Source: Scyliorhinus canicula
Lineage: Eukaryota
DNA length: 64,000 nucleotides
Direction of reading: 5' to 3'
Assembly (NCBI RefSeq): GCF_902713615.1
Contig: NC_052163.1
Location: 51,198,878 to 51,262,877 of the forward strand
The notes under the pieces were generated by a model. It searched no databases, had not been told where the DNA came from, and worked only from the letters and a program-made list of their open reading frames with translations. Both the position numbers and the translations under genes were made by a program. How positions within the stretch are numbered: the first letter of the stretch is position 1; each line of letters opens with the position of its first letter. Below, piece by piece: positions 36,136 through 50,109 of the stretch.

Positions 36136-37199
36136 CCTGTGTAGAGGTTGTCCCATTGAGGGAGTAGTGGAGGTTGATCAAGTCTATAAAGAGAAGCCAA
36201 TTGTGAAATTACTGATCAGGATGACAATCAAAGCCATAAATAAAACTGGGGCTGGATGGAAAGGAGCTGGAATTGAAGTTAATTATTTAATTATAGCAAT
36301 AACATGAATAACTCCTGAAGTGGGAATTCAGATTGAAGTGTGTCAAATGGAAATGGAAAGTGCAAAGTGGAGACAGAGTGACAACAAGGAACTGGTTAAG
36401 GAAAAACGGCATTTTCTAATCCGTTTGTCGGGCCATAATTTGAAAGAGCTGACCCAGTTCTTCTTATGCAATGAGAAAGAACCACCATCCAAAAGAAATG
36501 CAGCACATCCCACTTTATACATTTATATCATTGAAATTGGAGAATGTCAAACAGAGAATGTTCCTTTGTAGAAATGTCAAAGTAGAGTTTGAAGTCAAAA
36601 ATGGTGAGAAATTTGGCTTGTTAGTGTCTGTCTTTGGGGGCTGTGAATGTTCTTTGAGCTCGAAAATGGTGACTGTGACCCATGACTTGTGAGGCAAATC
36701 ACATCAGAGGTTACATTGGTGAGAGCGTTAGTCAGCATACAGAAGATGCTGCAGTTATGCAGAGCAAAGGGATCATGATGTGAATCAATGTGCAACTCTG
36801 ATTTGGAGTCCTTATTGATATTTTGGAGCTTAACGCTTCACTCAATGTCTTCTCTTACCCTCGCACTGCAACAGGAAAGATCACTGCCAGCAGTATTTAA
36901 AGGGACCATCAACGACTCACAAAAAAATGTAAATGTTACAACAGTCCCATTGGCTGCTCTGATGTTTGAGAGCTGTCTGGTGGTGATTTAACCTGAGGGT
37001 CACCACACATAGGCGAGGGGCAATGTTGAGAAGGCGGGACCTTCATGTATAACCTCAGCAAACACGGGAAATGAACCCGCGGTGTTGGGAAGTCAGTTGC
37101 TGGATGATTTCTTTTGGACGCCGCTATGGTTCAATAATACTCAATGCTTTCTTTAGTTGCAAAAATCTACAGTGATTGGTGTGGTAGGTGACTTCAAAA

Positions 37200-38345
37200 T
37201 CTGTGCACCTCAGTCAATCCCAGACATGCCTGGTGTGGTATAAAGATCTGGCACATAAAAGGTTAATGCGGGACTGTGTAGAGTATCGCTAAGAAAAAAG
37301 AGAAGTAATCCCGAGGATTGTTAGGATTTTAGAATTCAACTAAAGCTGACCAAAAAATTGATAAGGAGTGAACATAGGGAGTGAGAGTAAATCAGCAGAC
37401 GACATGTAAGCAGATTGTAAAACCTTTTATCGGAATGTAAAAAGGAAGAGATTTAGTGAAAGTACAGAACGTGACGGGGAGATTTTGTCTTTATTCATTC
37501 AAGGGATGCCGCCTTCACTGACAAGGCCAGCATTCATTGCTCATCCTTAATTGCCCCTTAAGAAGCTGGTGGTGAGCTGCCTTTTTCAACCGCTGGAGTC
37601 CCCGTGGTGTAGGAACACCCACAGTGCTGTTAGGGAGCGGGTTCTAAGATTTTGACCCATTGTAATGATAATAATGGGGTATAAAGAAGTGACACAGGCA
37701 TTAAAAGAACACTTTAGGTGGGATTTCCAGCCCTTCCAGCCAGCAGGTACCCCTGCTGTGGGGCAGGTGAGTCACTCAAAAGCCTGTAGACATTGGAGGC
37801 GACCAGAAGATCCTGCCAGCAGCCAATGGTTCACCTAATCAGCTGCTAGAAATCCCGCTACGGGTCGGGGGGGGGGGGGGGGGGGGGGGTGGCAGGGTGT
37901 GCTGGAAAACCCAGCCATTTGTATGTGTCAGTATTGTTGAAGACATAAAAATATTTTAGAAATCGTGAAAAACCAATGGTCTAGTGGAAATGAGAAACCT
38001 CAGGATATTAGCAAAGAAATTGTAACTGCAAAAAATTAATGGGACTTTCAGTCAGTCAGTCATCTGGATCTGATGGTCTGCATCCTGGAGTTTGAAAAGA
38101 GGTATTTATAGAGATAGTGGACGTATTGGTTTCGACCTTCCAGGATTTCCTATCCCCACTATTTAAGAGAATGGGGAGAGAAAACAAGCCAATTAGCTTG
38201 ACAACCAATGTAGGGAAAATGTTAGAATCTACAGTATTATTAGCGATGTGGTAACAGAGCACTTCAGAGTATCAGGATCAACATGATGATAGGAAAGACA
38301 AGTCATGTTTGACAAAGCCGTTTGTGTTTTTTTCCCAGGTGTAAC
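37200..38345 (+). mobile_element. Very old CR1 remnant with nested SINE-tail (37490-37660) and ~200-bp TIR element (37717-37916)
   Basis: SGSDGLHPGVLKE, PISLTTNVGKMLES and KSCLT-like motifs. The inner element ends ggtgggatttcc / ggaaaacccagcc. Confidence 0.6.
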
Positions 38346-38605
38346 TAATTCAAACCCTCCCCGATCCTCATAGGCCACCTGGTCGCCAAGGATGTTTCTC
38401 AAGTTTCATCACATAAATCCTGATTAAAGAGTCCAGAACGTTCTCATGTGCTGAAGTTCAGTTTCTCCTGTGGCTCTGAGGCCCTGTCTCTTGCCTTATC
38501 ACTTTGACACATGTTTTACCTCCCTCTCACATGAGTTCACTGATCCTCCAATCGCAGCTGTTCTTACCCCCGTTCTCTCCAGCTGCACATACTTATATTG
38601 TCATA

Positions 38606-39416
38606 GGGTGCGACCTACCAGCCGCATTACGCCCGAACCGCGGCGCAGTCGATAAATGACAGGAGCTCCCTCTTCCGGGATCTACCCAGCTTGCCACGCC
38701 TTACGAGATCTCGTTAGACGTTGCGATCTGAATCCCTCCAATTGTGGGCGGGATCCGTATTTGGGAAATCTGCACATTAGAGCGAGACAGCAAGTCTCAC
38801 GCTAATATGCATCCACCTGATCTACCGGGGTCCTGAGATCTAACCCTTTGCCTTGGAGACTTCAGGTGAGTGCCATTCAGTGCTGCTCACCACAGACGGG
38901 GACCAGACAGAACAGCACTTAGGAGGGTCTCCCAAGGGATTGGAAGCTCCCGGGTGGTTGCCCTCTGATCAGGATGGCACCCCAGCTTTGCTGGTGCCAA
39001 GTGAGCACCGTGGCAGTGCTACCTGTGTGCCAGTCTGGTGGTACCCAGGTGGCACTTCCATCTAGCAGTGCCAAGGTGCCAGGCTGGGATTTTTCCTGCA
39101 CTGGGAATTGGCCCTGGGAGTGCCCTGCCCTTGTGAAGCGGGGTGTGGGGAGACCAAAGGACCCCCTTATCGGTGAGCTGCAGCTTTGGGAGGGTTCGGT
39201 TGTTGCGTGGTGAGGGCCGAGAGATCGGGACATCATCTCCTCCTGAACAGAGAAGTTCTGATGAGCAGAGCTGTTGAGTGGCACCCGCTGGGGCCCCCGA
39301 TTGCAACAATGTGCCGATACATAGCATGGTGTTTCTCATTGCTACGAGGGCCGGGAAACACCTGGCTAAAAGCATTCAACATGGGAGTCTGTTGCAATTT
39401 GGTTAGATTGTGGCCC
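38606..39416. mobile_element. GC-rich TIR element (uninterrupted relative of 10806-15941)
   Basis: Ends gggtgcgacctacc / ggttagattgtggccc, with TAG on both flanks. Confidence 0.75.
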
Positions 39417-39499
39417 TAGTTCATGAACTGACACCCCCCCCCCCCCCCCACTGCTGTTGTGAGTGGCCTGTTTATTTCAATATACAGTACATTCAGGAC

Positions 39500-41167
39500 T
39501 CTCATGAGGCAGTGAACACACACATGTTAGAGGGAATATTGTTTCAAAGTCAGGGCAGTGTATGTGACTTTGAGAGGAAATTGCAGGCAGTAGTATTCAC
39601 ATGCATCTGCTGCCCTTGTCGTTTTAGATGGCATAGTCTGTAGGTGTACCATAAGAGCCACGGCGAGTTGCTGCATTGCATCTTTGTAGATGGTACACAC
39701 TGGTGTAACTTTACACTGGTGACAGAGGGAGTGAATGTTTAAGGGGTGGATAGGGTGCTGATCAAGTCGCTGGTTGAGTGTTTGTTGGAGCCGCATTCAT
39801 CCAGGCAAGTGTACTACTTGAGATTCCTGAATTGTGCCTTGTAGATGATTGGAAAGCATTAGAAAGTGAGTTAATGAGCGGCACAGAAGCACAGTGGTTT
39901 GCACGGTTGCTTCACAGGACCAGGGACCTGGGTTCGATTCCTGGCTTGGATAACAGTCTGTGTGGAGTCTGCATGTTCTCCCCATGTCTGCGTGGGTTTC
40001 CTCCCACAAGTCCCGAAAGACGTGCTGTTAGGTGAATTGGACATTCAGAATTCTCCCTCCATGTACCCGAACAGGCGGCGGAATGTGGCGACTAGGGGTT
40101 TTTTCACAGTAACTTCATTACAGTGTTAATGTAAGCCTACTTGTGACACTAATAAAGATGATGAACAACCATAACATTACCAACCTCTGGCCTGCTTCTG
40201 TAGCCAAAGCATTTATTTGGCTAATCTTGTTATGTTTCTGGTCAGCAAGGGCAGCACGGTGGCGCAGTGGGTTAGCCCTGCTGCCTCACGGCGCCGAGGT
40301 CCCAGGTTTGATCCAGGCTCTGTGTCACTGTCCATGTGGAGTTTGCACATTCTCCCCGTGTTTGCGTGGGTTTTACCCCCACAACCCAAAGGTGTGCAGG
40401 CTAGGCGGATTGGCCATACTGAATTGCCCCTTAATTTGAAAAAATGAATTGGGTACTCTAAAAATATATTTTTTTTAAATTCTAGTCTGCAGCGACTCCC
40501 AGGATGTTGATGGTGGGGTATACAATGATGGGTGTATCGTTCAATGTCACAGGAAGGGGTTACTCTCTCTCTTGTTGGCAATGCTCAGCATTAGCATGGT
40601 CGAAATATTACTTGCCAGTTATCAGCCTGACCCTGAATGCTGTCCAGATCTTGCTGTATACGGGCATGCTTCAGTATCTGAAAAGCTGTGAATGAGACTG
40701 AACACTGCAATCATTAGCAAACATTCACAATTCTGACTTATAATGGAGGGAGGGTATTGATAAAGCAGCAGAAGATGACTGGATCTGAGACACTCTCCTG
40801 AGGAACTCCTGAAGTGATGATTTGGGGCTGAACTGATTGACCTCCAACAACCAGAACCATCTTCCTTTGTGCTAGATATGACTCCAACCTGTGGAGGTTT
40901 TTCCCAGAATTGCCATCTAATTTTGTCAGAGCTCCTTTATGCCGCACCTGGTCAAATGTTGCCTTGATGTCAAGGACAGTCACTCTCACCTCACCCCTGC
41001 AATTCAGTTCCTTTGTCCTTGTATGGGCAAGGCTTTATTGAGGTCCAGAGCCAAGTAGTCCTGAGAGAACCCAAATTGAGCATTGGTGAGTCAGTTACAA
41101 TGAACTAGTGTTGTCTGATGGCACCCGCATTTTTCTTCACTTTGCTGACAATTGGGAATAGACTAAT

Positions 41168-41199
<32 letters not shown>

Positions 41200-42720
41200 T
41201 AGCCAGTTTGGATTTGTCCTGCATTTTATGGATGAACCACACCATGGTAATTTTCCATATTTTAACAAAAATACCATTGTTGTTGCTGTACTGAAATAGC
41301 TTGTTGGAGGCCTTCTAATTGTGGGGCACAGATTTGCAGCACAGGGATATTGTCGGAGTCCATAGTCTTTGGTGTGTTCATGTGCTCAGCCATTTGCTGA
41401 TGTCAGGTACATTGAATCAAATTGTTTGAAGATTGGGTTCTATGATGTTGGGGACTTCAGGATGAGGCTTCAATGGATAATTCATTCGGCTCTTCTGGCT
41501 GAAGATGGTTGCAAATATTTCATCCTTGACTTTTTCACCACTATTGAAGATATGAATGTTCATGGAGTCTTCTCCTCCTATCACTGGCTTAATTGACCAG
41601 CATCATTCACAACTGGAAGTGGTAGAACTGCAGAGCATTGATCTGATCCATTGACTTTGTATTCACTCCGCTCTGTCGTTGATGGGGTTGCATGATTGCA
41701 GTCCTGTGTTGTAGCTCACCATAGGTTGGTAGCGCATTTTAAGGTACACCTGGTGCTGCTCCTGCCATGCTCTCCTGCATCTGCCATTTAGCACTGTGGT
41801 AGAGCCGCGCAACAGAATGGAGTTTTCAGTGTGAAATTCAGACTTTGTCTCCAGAAAGACAATGCAATGTTAACGCATACCAATACTGCCATGGATAGGT
41901 GCATCTGCACCAGGTAGATTGGTGAGAAAAAGTTCAAATAAGTTATTCCCACATTTTTGTTCTCCTATCACCAGCTGCAGACCTAGTCTAGCAGTTATGT
42001 CTTTCAGGAATCAGCCAGTCTTGGTTTTGGACGTTGAAGTCCCCCATCTAGCATTCATTTGGTGCCCTTGGTACCCTCAGTGCTTCCTCCAAATAGTGTT
42101 CAACAGAGAGGAGTACTGAGTCATCAGCTGATGTGAGGGAGGTCAGGCGGAAAGTGGCAATCAGTAGGTGGTTTGCTTGCCCACGTTTGACCAGATGCTA
42201 TGGGACTTCATGGGGTCTGGAGTCACTGTTCAGAACTTCCTGGGCAACTCCCTCCTGACTGTATACCACTGTGCTAGCATCTCTTCTGGGTCTGCCTTGG
42301 TGATGGAGGAGTCTGGGACAGTGGCTGTAATGCATAATACGGTGAGTATGGCTATGTCAGGTTGTTGCTTGGCTAGTCTTTGGGACATTTCAAACAATTT
42401 TGACACAGATCCCCAGAGGTTACTGACTTGGATTTTGCAGGATGAACTGGATTGTGTGTGCCTTTATCATATCTGGCTCCTAATTTGATGCTGGGTGGCC
42501 CATCTGGTTTTATCTTTATTGGATCATTTCATAGTGGTTTGTTACAACTGCGAGATGATCTCAGAGAGTAGCTAAGAGTTACCCATATTGCTGTGGTTCT
42601 GGAGTCACAAGTAGGCTAGACCAGATGGAGACAATTGATTTCCTCCCCCACAGAATATCAATGAAACACTTGGGCTTTTAACAACAACCTCATAGTTTCA
42701 TGCTTACCCTTATCGAGAAT
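39500..42720 (-). mobile_element. Degenerate non-LTR retrotransposon (same family as 30115-31345) with two nested SINEs (39875-40165, 40249-40480)
   Basis: VTVLDIKATFDQVRHKG..LESYLAQRKMVLVVGGQ..ITSGVPQES RT motifs at 40738-40989. Confidence 0.75.
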
Positions 42721-45529
42721 GGTATTTTATTCCAAATTTGTTCAATTGATTAAATTTAAATTCCGCAGTGGTTTTGAATTAATGTCTCAGATGATGAGTC
42801 CAGACCGCTGAAGTGATAGTTACTTTGTTACCCTACCCCATTTAACCCCACATTAGCCAGTTATGCATTTCACTTTCTGGCAGCATTCCAAATGCTGTGT
42901 CTGTGGGAAGTTAAACTCTGTTTTACCAATGCGGACAAGTCTGCATCTCCATTCTACATTTGAAATCAAATCTGGTGGATCAAAATCGAACAAAGGCTCT
43001 TTCTTAATCTATGTCTACTGTGAAAGCACATGTGTGTCTCCAGGGGAAAGTATTCATTTCAGATGGGCACTTGTCCTCTTTCAGAGATCAATACCAATTT
43101 TAGGATCAGGTCCAATTTCTTCATTCAAACTCAGTTGGTTAGAAGGCTTTTCTCTCAGTCTGCAAACTGATTCAGAAGCAAATCAGTGGAAGAAAACATC
43201 GGAGAATTACGCCTTACATAATAGGCCAGGAATGTTAAAAATGGTAATATTGGTAATGGCGATGGCTTCCATTCACAATCACGACACACACTCGTGCAAC
43301 TGCGCCATTGTTAAGCTAATCACAAAGTACTGCATAAAACCTGCAGACGCGCAGACAGGTGCTACAGTTAACACAACGCAGGCTGCATTCAAATTGCCTT
43401 CATTATTCAAACTGCAGCGCTTTCAACCAATCACAGATGAGTTACTTCCCTATAAATGTCAGCCATGCTTCCCCTAATGTGATCTGAACATTTTCTTTTA
43501 ATATCAAAGGTGACCTACTGGGATAATTATTTCTTCCAGATGGCACACAATTATCTCGCAGGGAAATTGAAGCCAGATCCAACAGAACAAATTTCAATTG
43601 GTTAAAAAAAATCGCGTTGACAAAAGGCAAATTCAATTTAACGCTGAAAAGTGCGCATATTAGAACCTTCCTGTCTGTGGCATGATCGTGCTCTGCTCCA
43701 ATCATATCTACATCACTGCCAGGTCCCCTATATGCTTTCATTTACCAATTCAGTGCCTGTCATTGTAAATGCCCATTGTACTTTATGTTGACTAATGTGA
43801 GGTTTCAATGAGAGATTAGCCTTTGCTTGTGTAACCTCCTGTAAATCAGAAATGAATGAGACCAAATCTGTTTGGTTCAGCATCGTAGAGTCATAGATAG
43901 ATGTTTACGTTTTCTTTTAGCTCCCTCGAAGGGAGACAAGCAAATTCAGTCGGGGTCATTTTCATCTTCACTTTCTGGGCAATAATCTGGCAGAGCAGAT
44001 CACACACCCGACCTGCAATCAGTCTGAGCAATGGGAAGGCTACCTGCTTTGTTTGTTTACTATCTGACACTTACGGAGACGAAAAGGTGAAAATTAACCT
44101 CATGCAACTAACAAGAATATATTGTAAGAAAGACAATTTTGGGGTGGATATTCATGTGCTAGAAAATTTCCATTCAGAATGAATGAAAAACTGGTATAAA
44201 TCACGGCAGAAGTCAGTGCGTTAAAAGCATGTCATTATAACTGCATAAATATTCGTAAATCCAGGGGTTGTTTAGGCTAGTGAATATTGGTTCAATTTAA
44301 GGATACTCTAATACTTAACACAAGGTGGCCAGATTGGAACAAATATTTTTCCTGCTTTGAGAAAAGTCAATTTCAAATTGTTGTTGATGGTAGGGGAGGT
44401 GGGTGGGGGTAAAGAGTGATAGGTTAAAGAAAATCTGTGCGTTTCGGCACCATATTGTAATCACAGGGTGCACGATCAAGTGGTCTGCACCGCAGAATTC
44501 TCCGATGGTGAAATGCGCACAATGCAAGCAGAAATGTCTTCAAAAAGCTTGCCTCATAATGGAATATTCTGGCAATTAGTCCGACATAATGAAGGTCAGG
44601 GCTGAAGTGATATTAGTGGCCATTAGTTATACTGTAACCATGATGTACTTTATCATAGAGGTCAGATTACAGCATTATGTAAAGCAGAACATTACAGATC
44701 ACATCACCATGGTCCCTAAGAGTTAACAGCTTTTTAAAATCCATTGAACAAATGTGTTTACGCATTTTGGGGGAAAGCAACTGTGTGCATACCATATAAA
44801 TTACGAGTGACTTTCTTCAACGGTATCAACGAGAAATGTCTTAGCGACCACTTAAGTAACAGCTCATGGCATTGTCTGCCATCAGGGAGTAGATGTTAGG
44901 CTGAGTAGCATCACTTCAATGGACAAATATTTCTCCCTTTACCTTCGTGAATCATTTTGTTGCATATCAAGCAGCCCCACAGGTTCCATGCAATGCATTA
45001 TACTACATGATACATTTAAGGAGTATATATAAAATGTACTTCCTCCTCCAAAGTTTAAATGGTTTGGAATTTGGCATTTTGAATCTGCAACTGTATGAAG
45101 CAGAGAAGACTGCAGAAGCTGAGTCACTAGGCGCTGGATAGCCCAGGACATGTGGGTTTTAGGTGACTCACAGACACCACCATCATTAACAACAGCTTAT
45201 ATTAATTTAGTGCCTTCAACATAGTAAAACATCCAAAGGGGACTTCACCGGAGCATCGTCAAACAAAATATGACACTGAGTCACTTAAGGATATATTAGG
45301 GCAGATAACCAATTGTTTGATGGTCAGGAAGTATTTTAAAGAGCAAATAAAATGAAGAAAGAGAAACTGAGAGGCAGAGACGTTTAGGCCTTGACATGAG
45401 GCCAACATTGCTGAAGCGAGGATGTTCATTTGGCCAGAGGAGATTAGGGCTACAGGAGATTAAAGAGGTAGAGAGGAGCGATGACATGAAAGGATTTGAA
45501 ACTGTGGATCAGTGCTCTAAATTGAGACA

Positions 45530-46970
45530 TTGGACTCGGCTCCCGGCGGGGGAAGAGAGTGGTCGCGGGTGCAGGAGCTCCTAGGGGGGAACAATGTTGC
45601 GTCCCGCTCCTCGCCGAGAACCTGCATACAAGCCGCAAATTCGTCCGTTTGGGTCCAAAACAAGAAAGTGGGGACGAAGAAGAACACGGACTCCAAAGCT
45701 CATTAAAGTGGGAGACCTGGGCGCTCGGGAGGCGACCCCCACTCCCCCACGCACGGGAGGAGAACACGGGGCAAGATGAGCGGCGACCTAGACCAAAGTG
45801 GGGACCGAGCCAGCAGCAAAGACTGACCCCCCCCCCCCGCCCCCGGCGGCGACCAACACAAGGCAGGCGGCGGAACAAAGAGGGACACCTGGCCCGACTA
45901 GGTGGGTGAGTGAGGGAAAAAAATAACTTCCCCTTTTTCAAACAAAAAACTTTAACAAGAAAATTTTAAAGAGAAAGGATTTTTTCACGTTTTTTTTTAT
46001 TTCTTGAAACGAGTTTTTTTTTTAAAAAAAGTGTTAAAGGAGAGAAGGGAGGGGAAAAGAAAAGGTGGGGACGTAAAAAAAGAAAGGGGAAAGAAGAAAA
46101 AGGGGAAGAAAAAAAATGCCAGGAGGGAGCCAAAGCAGAGGGAGAAAGGGCACCAAAAGCAGACGGGCAATGGGTGAGCCTGTTCAGACGAGCTAATCGG
46201 TGCACGAAGCGGCGGAACGGGAGGTTCGCCGCAACAAAAAGAACTCGACAGACAGGAGCATTTTCCCCATGGGCCAGGGGGGAACTGGTACTGGAAGGCA
46301 GCCTTTGCCGAGGCGCTGAGGGAACATCAGCAGGAAAACAAGGCAGAGGCCAGAGCAGACATGGAGGCCGCAGTGCAGGCAGCAATGGCCAAGGCCCTGG
46401 CGGAGGTGCAGCTCGCCCTGGGCAGAGCAGAGGAGAAACTGGAAGCCCAAGAGGCGACCATTAAGGAGCTGGAAAAAGCCACGACTGACATGAATGATTG
46501 GAACACGGCCCTGGAGAAGGAGGTGGAGAGACTGGGCACAATGCAGGGGGGCCTGAAGGGTAGAGTGGATGATCAGGAAAACCGCTCAAGAAGGCAAAAT
46601 GTCAGGGTAGTGGGCCTACCAGAGGGGATCGAGGGTAGAAACCCCACAGCATAAGTGGCCAAGATGCTGGGCAACTTAGTGGGGAGGGAAACTTTCCCCA
46701 ACCCACCAGAAATGGACAGAGCACACCAGGCGCTGCGCTTGAAGCCCAAGGCAGGGGACCATCCGAGGGCATAGCTAAACTGCACTGTACCAAAACAGGG
46801 AAACAATCCTGCGCTGGGCCAGGCAAAACAGAACCTGCAAATGGGAAGGACAATTCATTAGAGTTTACGAGGACATTGGGGCAGACCTAGCCAGGAGACG
46901 GGCCAAATTCAATAGAGCGAAAGCAGCTCATCACAAGAACGACGTGCGTTTTGATATGCTGTACCCAGCG
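45530..46970 (+). mobile_element. L1-clade element 5' portion: CpG-rich 5' UTR plus disrupted ORF1 (about 46116-46970); 3' part absent
   Basis: A coiled coil followed by DDQENRSRRQNVRVVGLPEG, MDRAH, IRVYED..RRRAKF and LYPA, which is the L1 ORF1p (Transposase_22) layout. Confidence 0.88.
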
Positions 46971-46984
46971 CAATTCACTATAGG

Positions 46985-47185
46985 CAGAAGTCCACTTCAG
47001 CCACCAGACCCTTGACACCTTGATTCGAGGTGTTCAGGAGCAGAGGCATGCCCTGTATCCTAGGGATGGCTCCAGAAAACACTCAAATGCCACCTCTCTG
47101 GACTGGGAGGGTATCGCCCAGTGGGTCAGTGCAACTGCCAACCGTGCCGGAAGAACAAAGCAATGTAGGAAGCGAATGAAATGTC
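46985..47185 (+). pseudogene. Harbinger-type Myb/SANT domain remnant, resuming at about 48011-48035 after an LTR insertion
   Basis: FSHQTLDTLIRGVQEQRHALYP..WEGIAQWVSA..RTKQCRKRM, then DLI after the LTR. Confidence 0.75.
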
Positions 47186-48010
47186 TGTCAAAAATCTGCC
47201 TGGAGACAGCATTCAAAGGGTCTCAATTGGTATACATCTCTCCCAGAGTTTAGAATGGCAAATTAGATAATAATCAAATTTGAATAGCTTATGGAGGAGA
47301 AACAGATTATAGACAATTGGGGAGTTCCCTGAGATGTGCACATGTTAATGTATAATCAAGGAAGTTGAAGGGGGCAGACAGCTGAATACACAGAAGGCAT
47401 GATCAAAGAACAACAAAGGAATAATTGCCCAGACCCTGAGAGCCAGGGGAGGCAGTTATCATCTAGCAGTCTTAGAAAGCAGACAGGCCAGTTTCCAACT
47501 ACCAAGCCTGAAGGCCACGTTTACAGCAAACAAGCTTTCCAGTCTGAGAGCCAAGGCAGTGCAGAAAACCTTTGTAATGGCAATTTTAAAATATCTTCGC
47601 TGGACCAGAAGAAAGACAGTTCCCAGATGTGAGCATCATCCATGTATTGTGTCGTAACTTCAGCTTGTTATTCAATTTGGATGTTGGTTGGGGAATGGGA
47701 AGTCTTACAGACTTCAGGTATCGTAGATCTATGTTGCAACAAGGTGTACTTTCTATATAAATTATATGCCGGTTTAGCAATTCATACATCTTAATTGTGT
47801 GAGAGTAGAGTAATCCTGTTTGTGTGTATTTATCTTTTCTTTACTTTAATAAACAATCTTTTATAATTGGTATATGACAACTGGGCTATTTATTCTCACA
47901 GGAGTTTCACTTGGCTCCTCACACCAAAACAAAATAAAACTATACACCCCAATGAGGTGGTGTTCCAAGTTGGAATACCCTCGCAGATAACATCAGTGTG
48001 CTTTGTCACA
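47186..48010 (+). mobile_element. Solo LTR (about 825 bp)
   Basis: TGTCAAAA...TTTGTCACA termini and AATAAA at about 47848. It splits the Myb motif CRKRMx/DL. Confidence 0.7.
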
Positions 48011-48650
48011 GATCTCATCCACTTTATCAGGTTAAGTTCTCTCTCAGCTCTCGCCAGCATTAAACTCGCATGTATTCACACAGCTACTCTCTTCATAGAT
48101 CTCACACATTCATTAGGGAGAGACATATATCAACACTGATTCTCTCACTGACATCACCATCATGCCATCTATCATGTTGCTTACACTCAATCCTCCAGCC
48201 CTTCTGGGGAGGGCTCACCACACACAGGGGATATACACTGCACCCAACCTCTGCTCCATCTCCTCTGGTTAAATATCTTTCTGGTCTGGCCTACATGTGA
48301 CTACAGGTGCTACGTAATGCTACCAGCTACTCTCTGAAATGACCCAGCAAGCCACTCAGTTCAAGGGCAATTAGGGTTGGGCAACAAATATTGGCCTTGT
48401 TAGTGACGCCCACATCCTGTCAAATAATAAGAATAATGAAAAATAATAGCCTATTATATATTTTTCCTCCTATTACACTAAGCCTGGTATCCTAACACAC
48501 TGGTACATGAGGAATGCATATGCTGTTTGTCCTAGGTGGTACTCAACAGAAGGCCTCATTTAAAACCCTGGGATTTATTTAATTGGAACAAATTAATATT
48601 CAACAACACTGTCGACTCAGTATTAATTTGGGTCAATTTTCATCTTCACT

Positions 48651-49004
48651 TCATAGAACATAGAACATAGAACAGTACAGCACAGAACAGGCCCTTCGGC
48701 CCTCAATGTTGTGCCGAGCCATGATCACCCTACTCAAACTCACGTATCCACCCTATACCCGTAACCCAACAACCCCCCCTTAACCTTACTTTTATTAGGA
48801 CACTACAGGCAATTTAGCATGGCCAATCCACCTAACCCGCACATCTTTGGACTGTGGGAGGAAACCGGAGCACCCGGAGGAAACCCACGCATACAGGGGG
48901 AGGACGTGCAGACTCCACACAGACAGTGACCCAGCTGGGAATCGAACCTGGGACCCTGGAGCTGTGAAGCATTTATGCTAACCACCATGCTACCCTGCTG
49001 CCCC
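48651..49004 (-). mobile_element. Young HE1-like SINE
   Basis: Complete head, B-box and (TGTTCTA)n tail; near-identical to 19328-19680. Confidence 0.92.
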
Positions 49005-50109
49005 AGTTTGGGAAACTTCCCAAACTTCGATGGCCAGTTTGGGAAATGGAGTGGTTCACGGTGGAACAGTAAGGAATGCTTTTGTGAGCTTGGAGTTAAG
49101 GTACATGGCTGGAGAGGAATACGTGGGAATATTAGTTTGCATTCGACTGTCCTGGGATACTGACACTGGGCACTTATAATTGGAATATACGTTTTAATCC
49201 GTAGCACTGGTATTCCTCTTGCTAATGGCTAGAAGACTCAGCGTTAGGTTAATATTGTAACAATGTTAATAACTGGTAATAAATTCAAATATAAGGGAAG
49301 CTTTCGGTTTTATAGTTTTTAGGTAACGTCAAAGAAGCTAATAGTTACTTTTATCACTGATCACAAACATTCCCCTCTGATATAATCGTTGAAGGATCTG
49401 GAAATAGTATCTTTTTTGAAAGCATCATAGTGGCTGTCGAAGCAAGAGCAGCAGTGAGGAAAATGGGTGGAATTTTACCCTCCACCCCAGGGCTAGGTTG
49501 GCAGTTGGGGGAGTGGGAGGGGGGGGATAAAATTATGTCCCATGGTAATGGCACCATGTCCATTGCTGACCGTAAACCGCTAGCATTTTATCAGTGGGGA
49601 TGGGGGGTGGGTGTAAGACGTAATGTGTTCCACCTGTCCTTGTGCCAATTAAAGCTATTTAGTAGCCAGTTAATGGTCAATTAATCGGCTCCTCTCGCTG
49701 CTACTGACATTTTAGTTTTGGGGGGAGGGTAAAATCTGGGAGCAGGCTGATGGATTTCAGGTGGTCGCTCTCCTGTTCAGCCACCTTTTGTCCAATGGTG
49801 TACCCCTCCACGGTACTTCCCCCCTCATGTATTTCTGCCCCGCACCTTTCCTACCCCCTGGCCCTGCCATACCAAACCTGGCCCTCTACCTGAATTGCCG
49901 GATTGGTCCCAGTGAAGAGTCCCACTAGCCTTTGGTCCCAGCCTCTTTGGCTGCAGTCCAGACAGTACCACACCTCCTGGTCACACAGCTGGGACTAGGG
50001 GGTTGATCCTGCTCCCAGGTAGGGCCCCTTCGAGGCAATTAACGGTCCAACAGACATACAAAGGGCTCAGGCTTCTGGTGGAGGCAGGTTCAGCTGCTAG
50101 TTTTAAGTG

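Noticed and set aside
42863-43477. 204-aa ORF as a nested antisense gene
   Set aside because: No recognisable domain, a composition typical of translated non-coding DNA, and no supporting exon structure.
46900-47185. In-frame L1 ORF1-Myb fusion protein
   Set aside because: The two parts are in different frames and ORF1 has upstream stops (e.g. at 46652).
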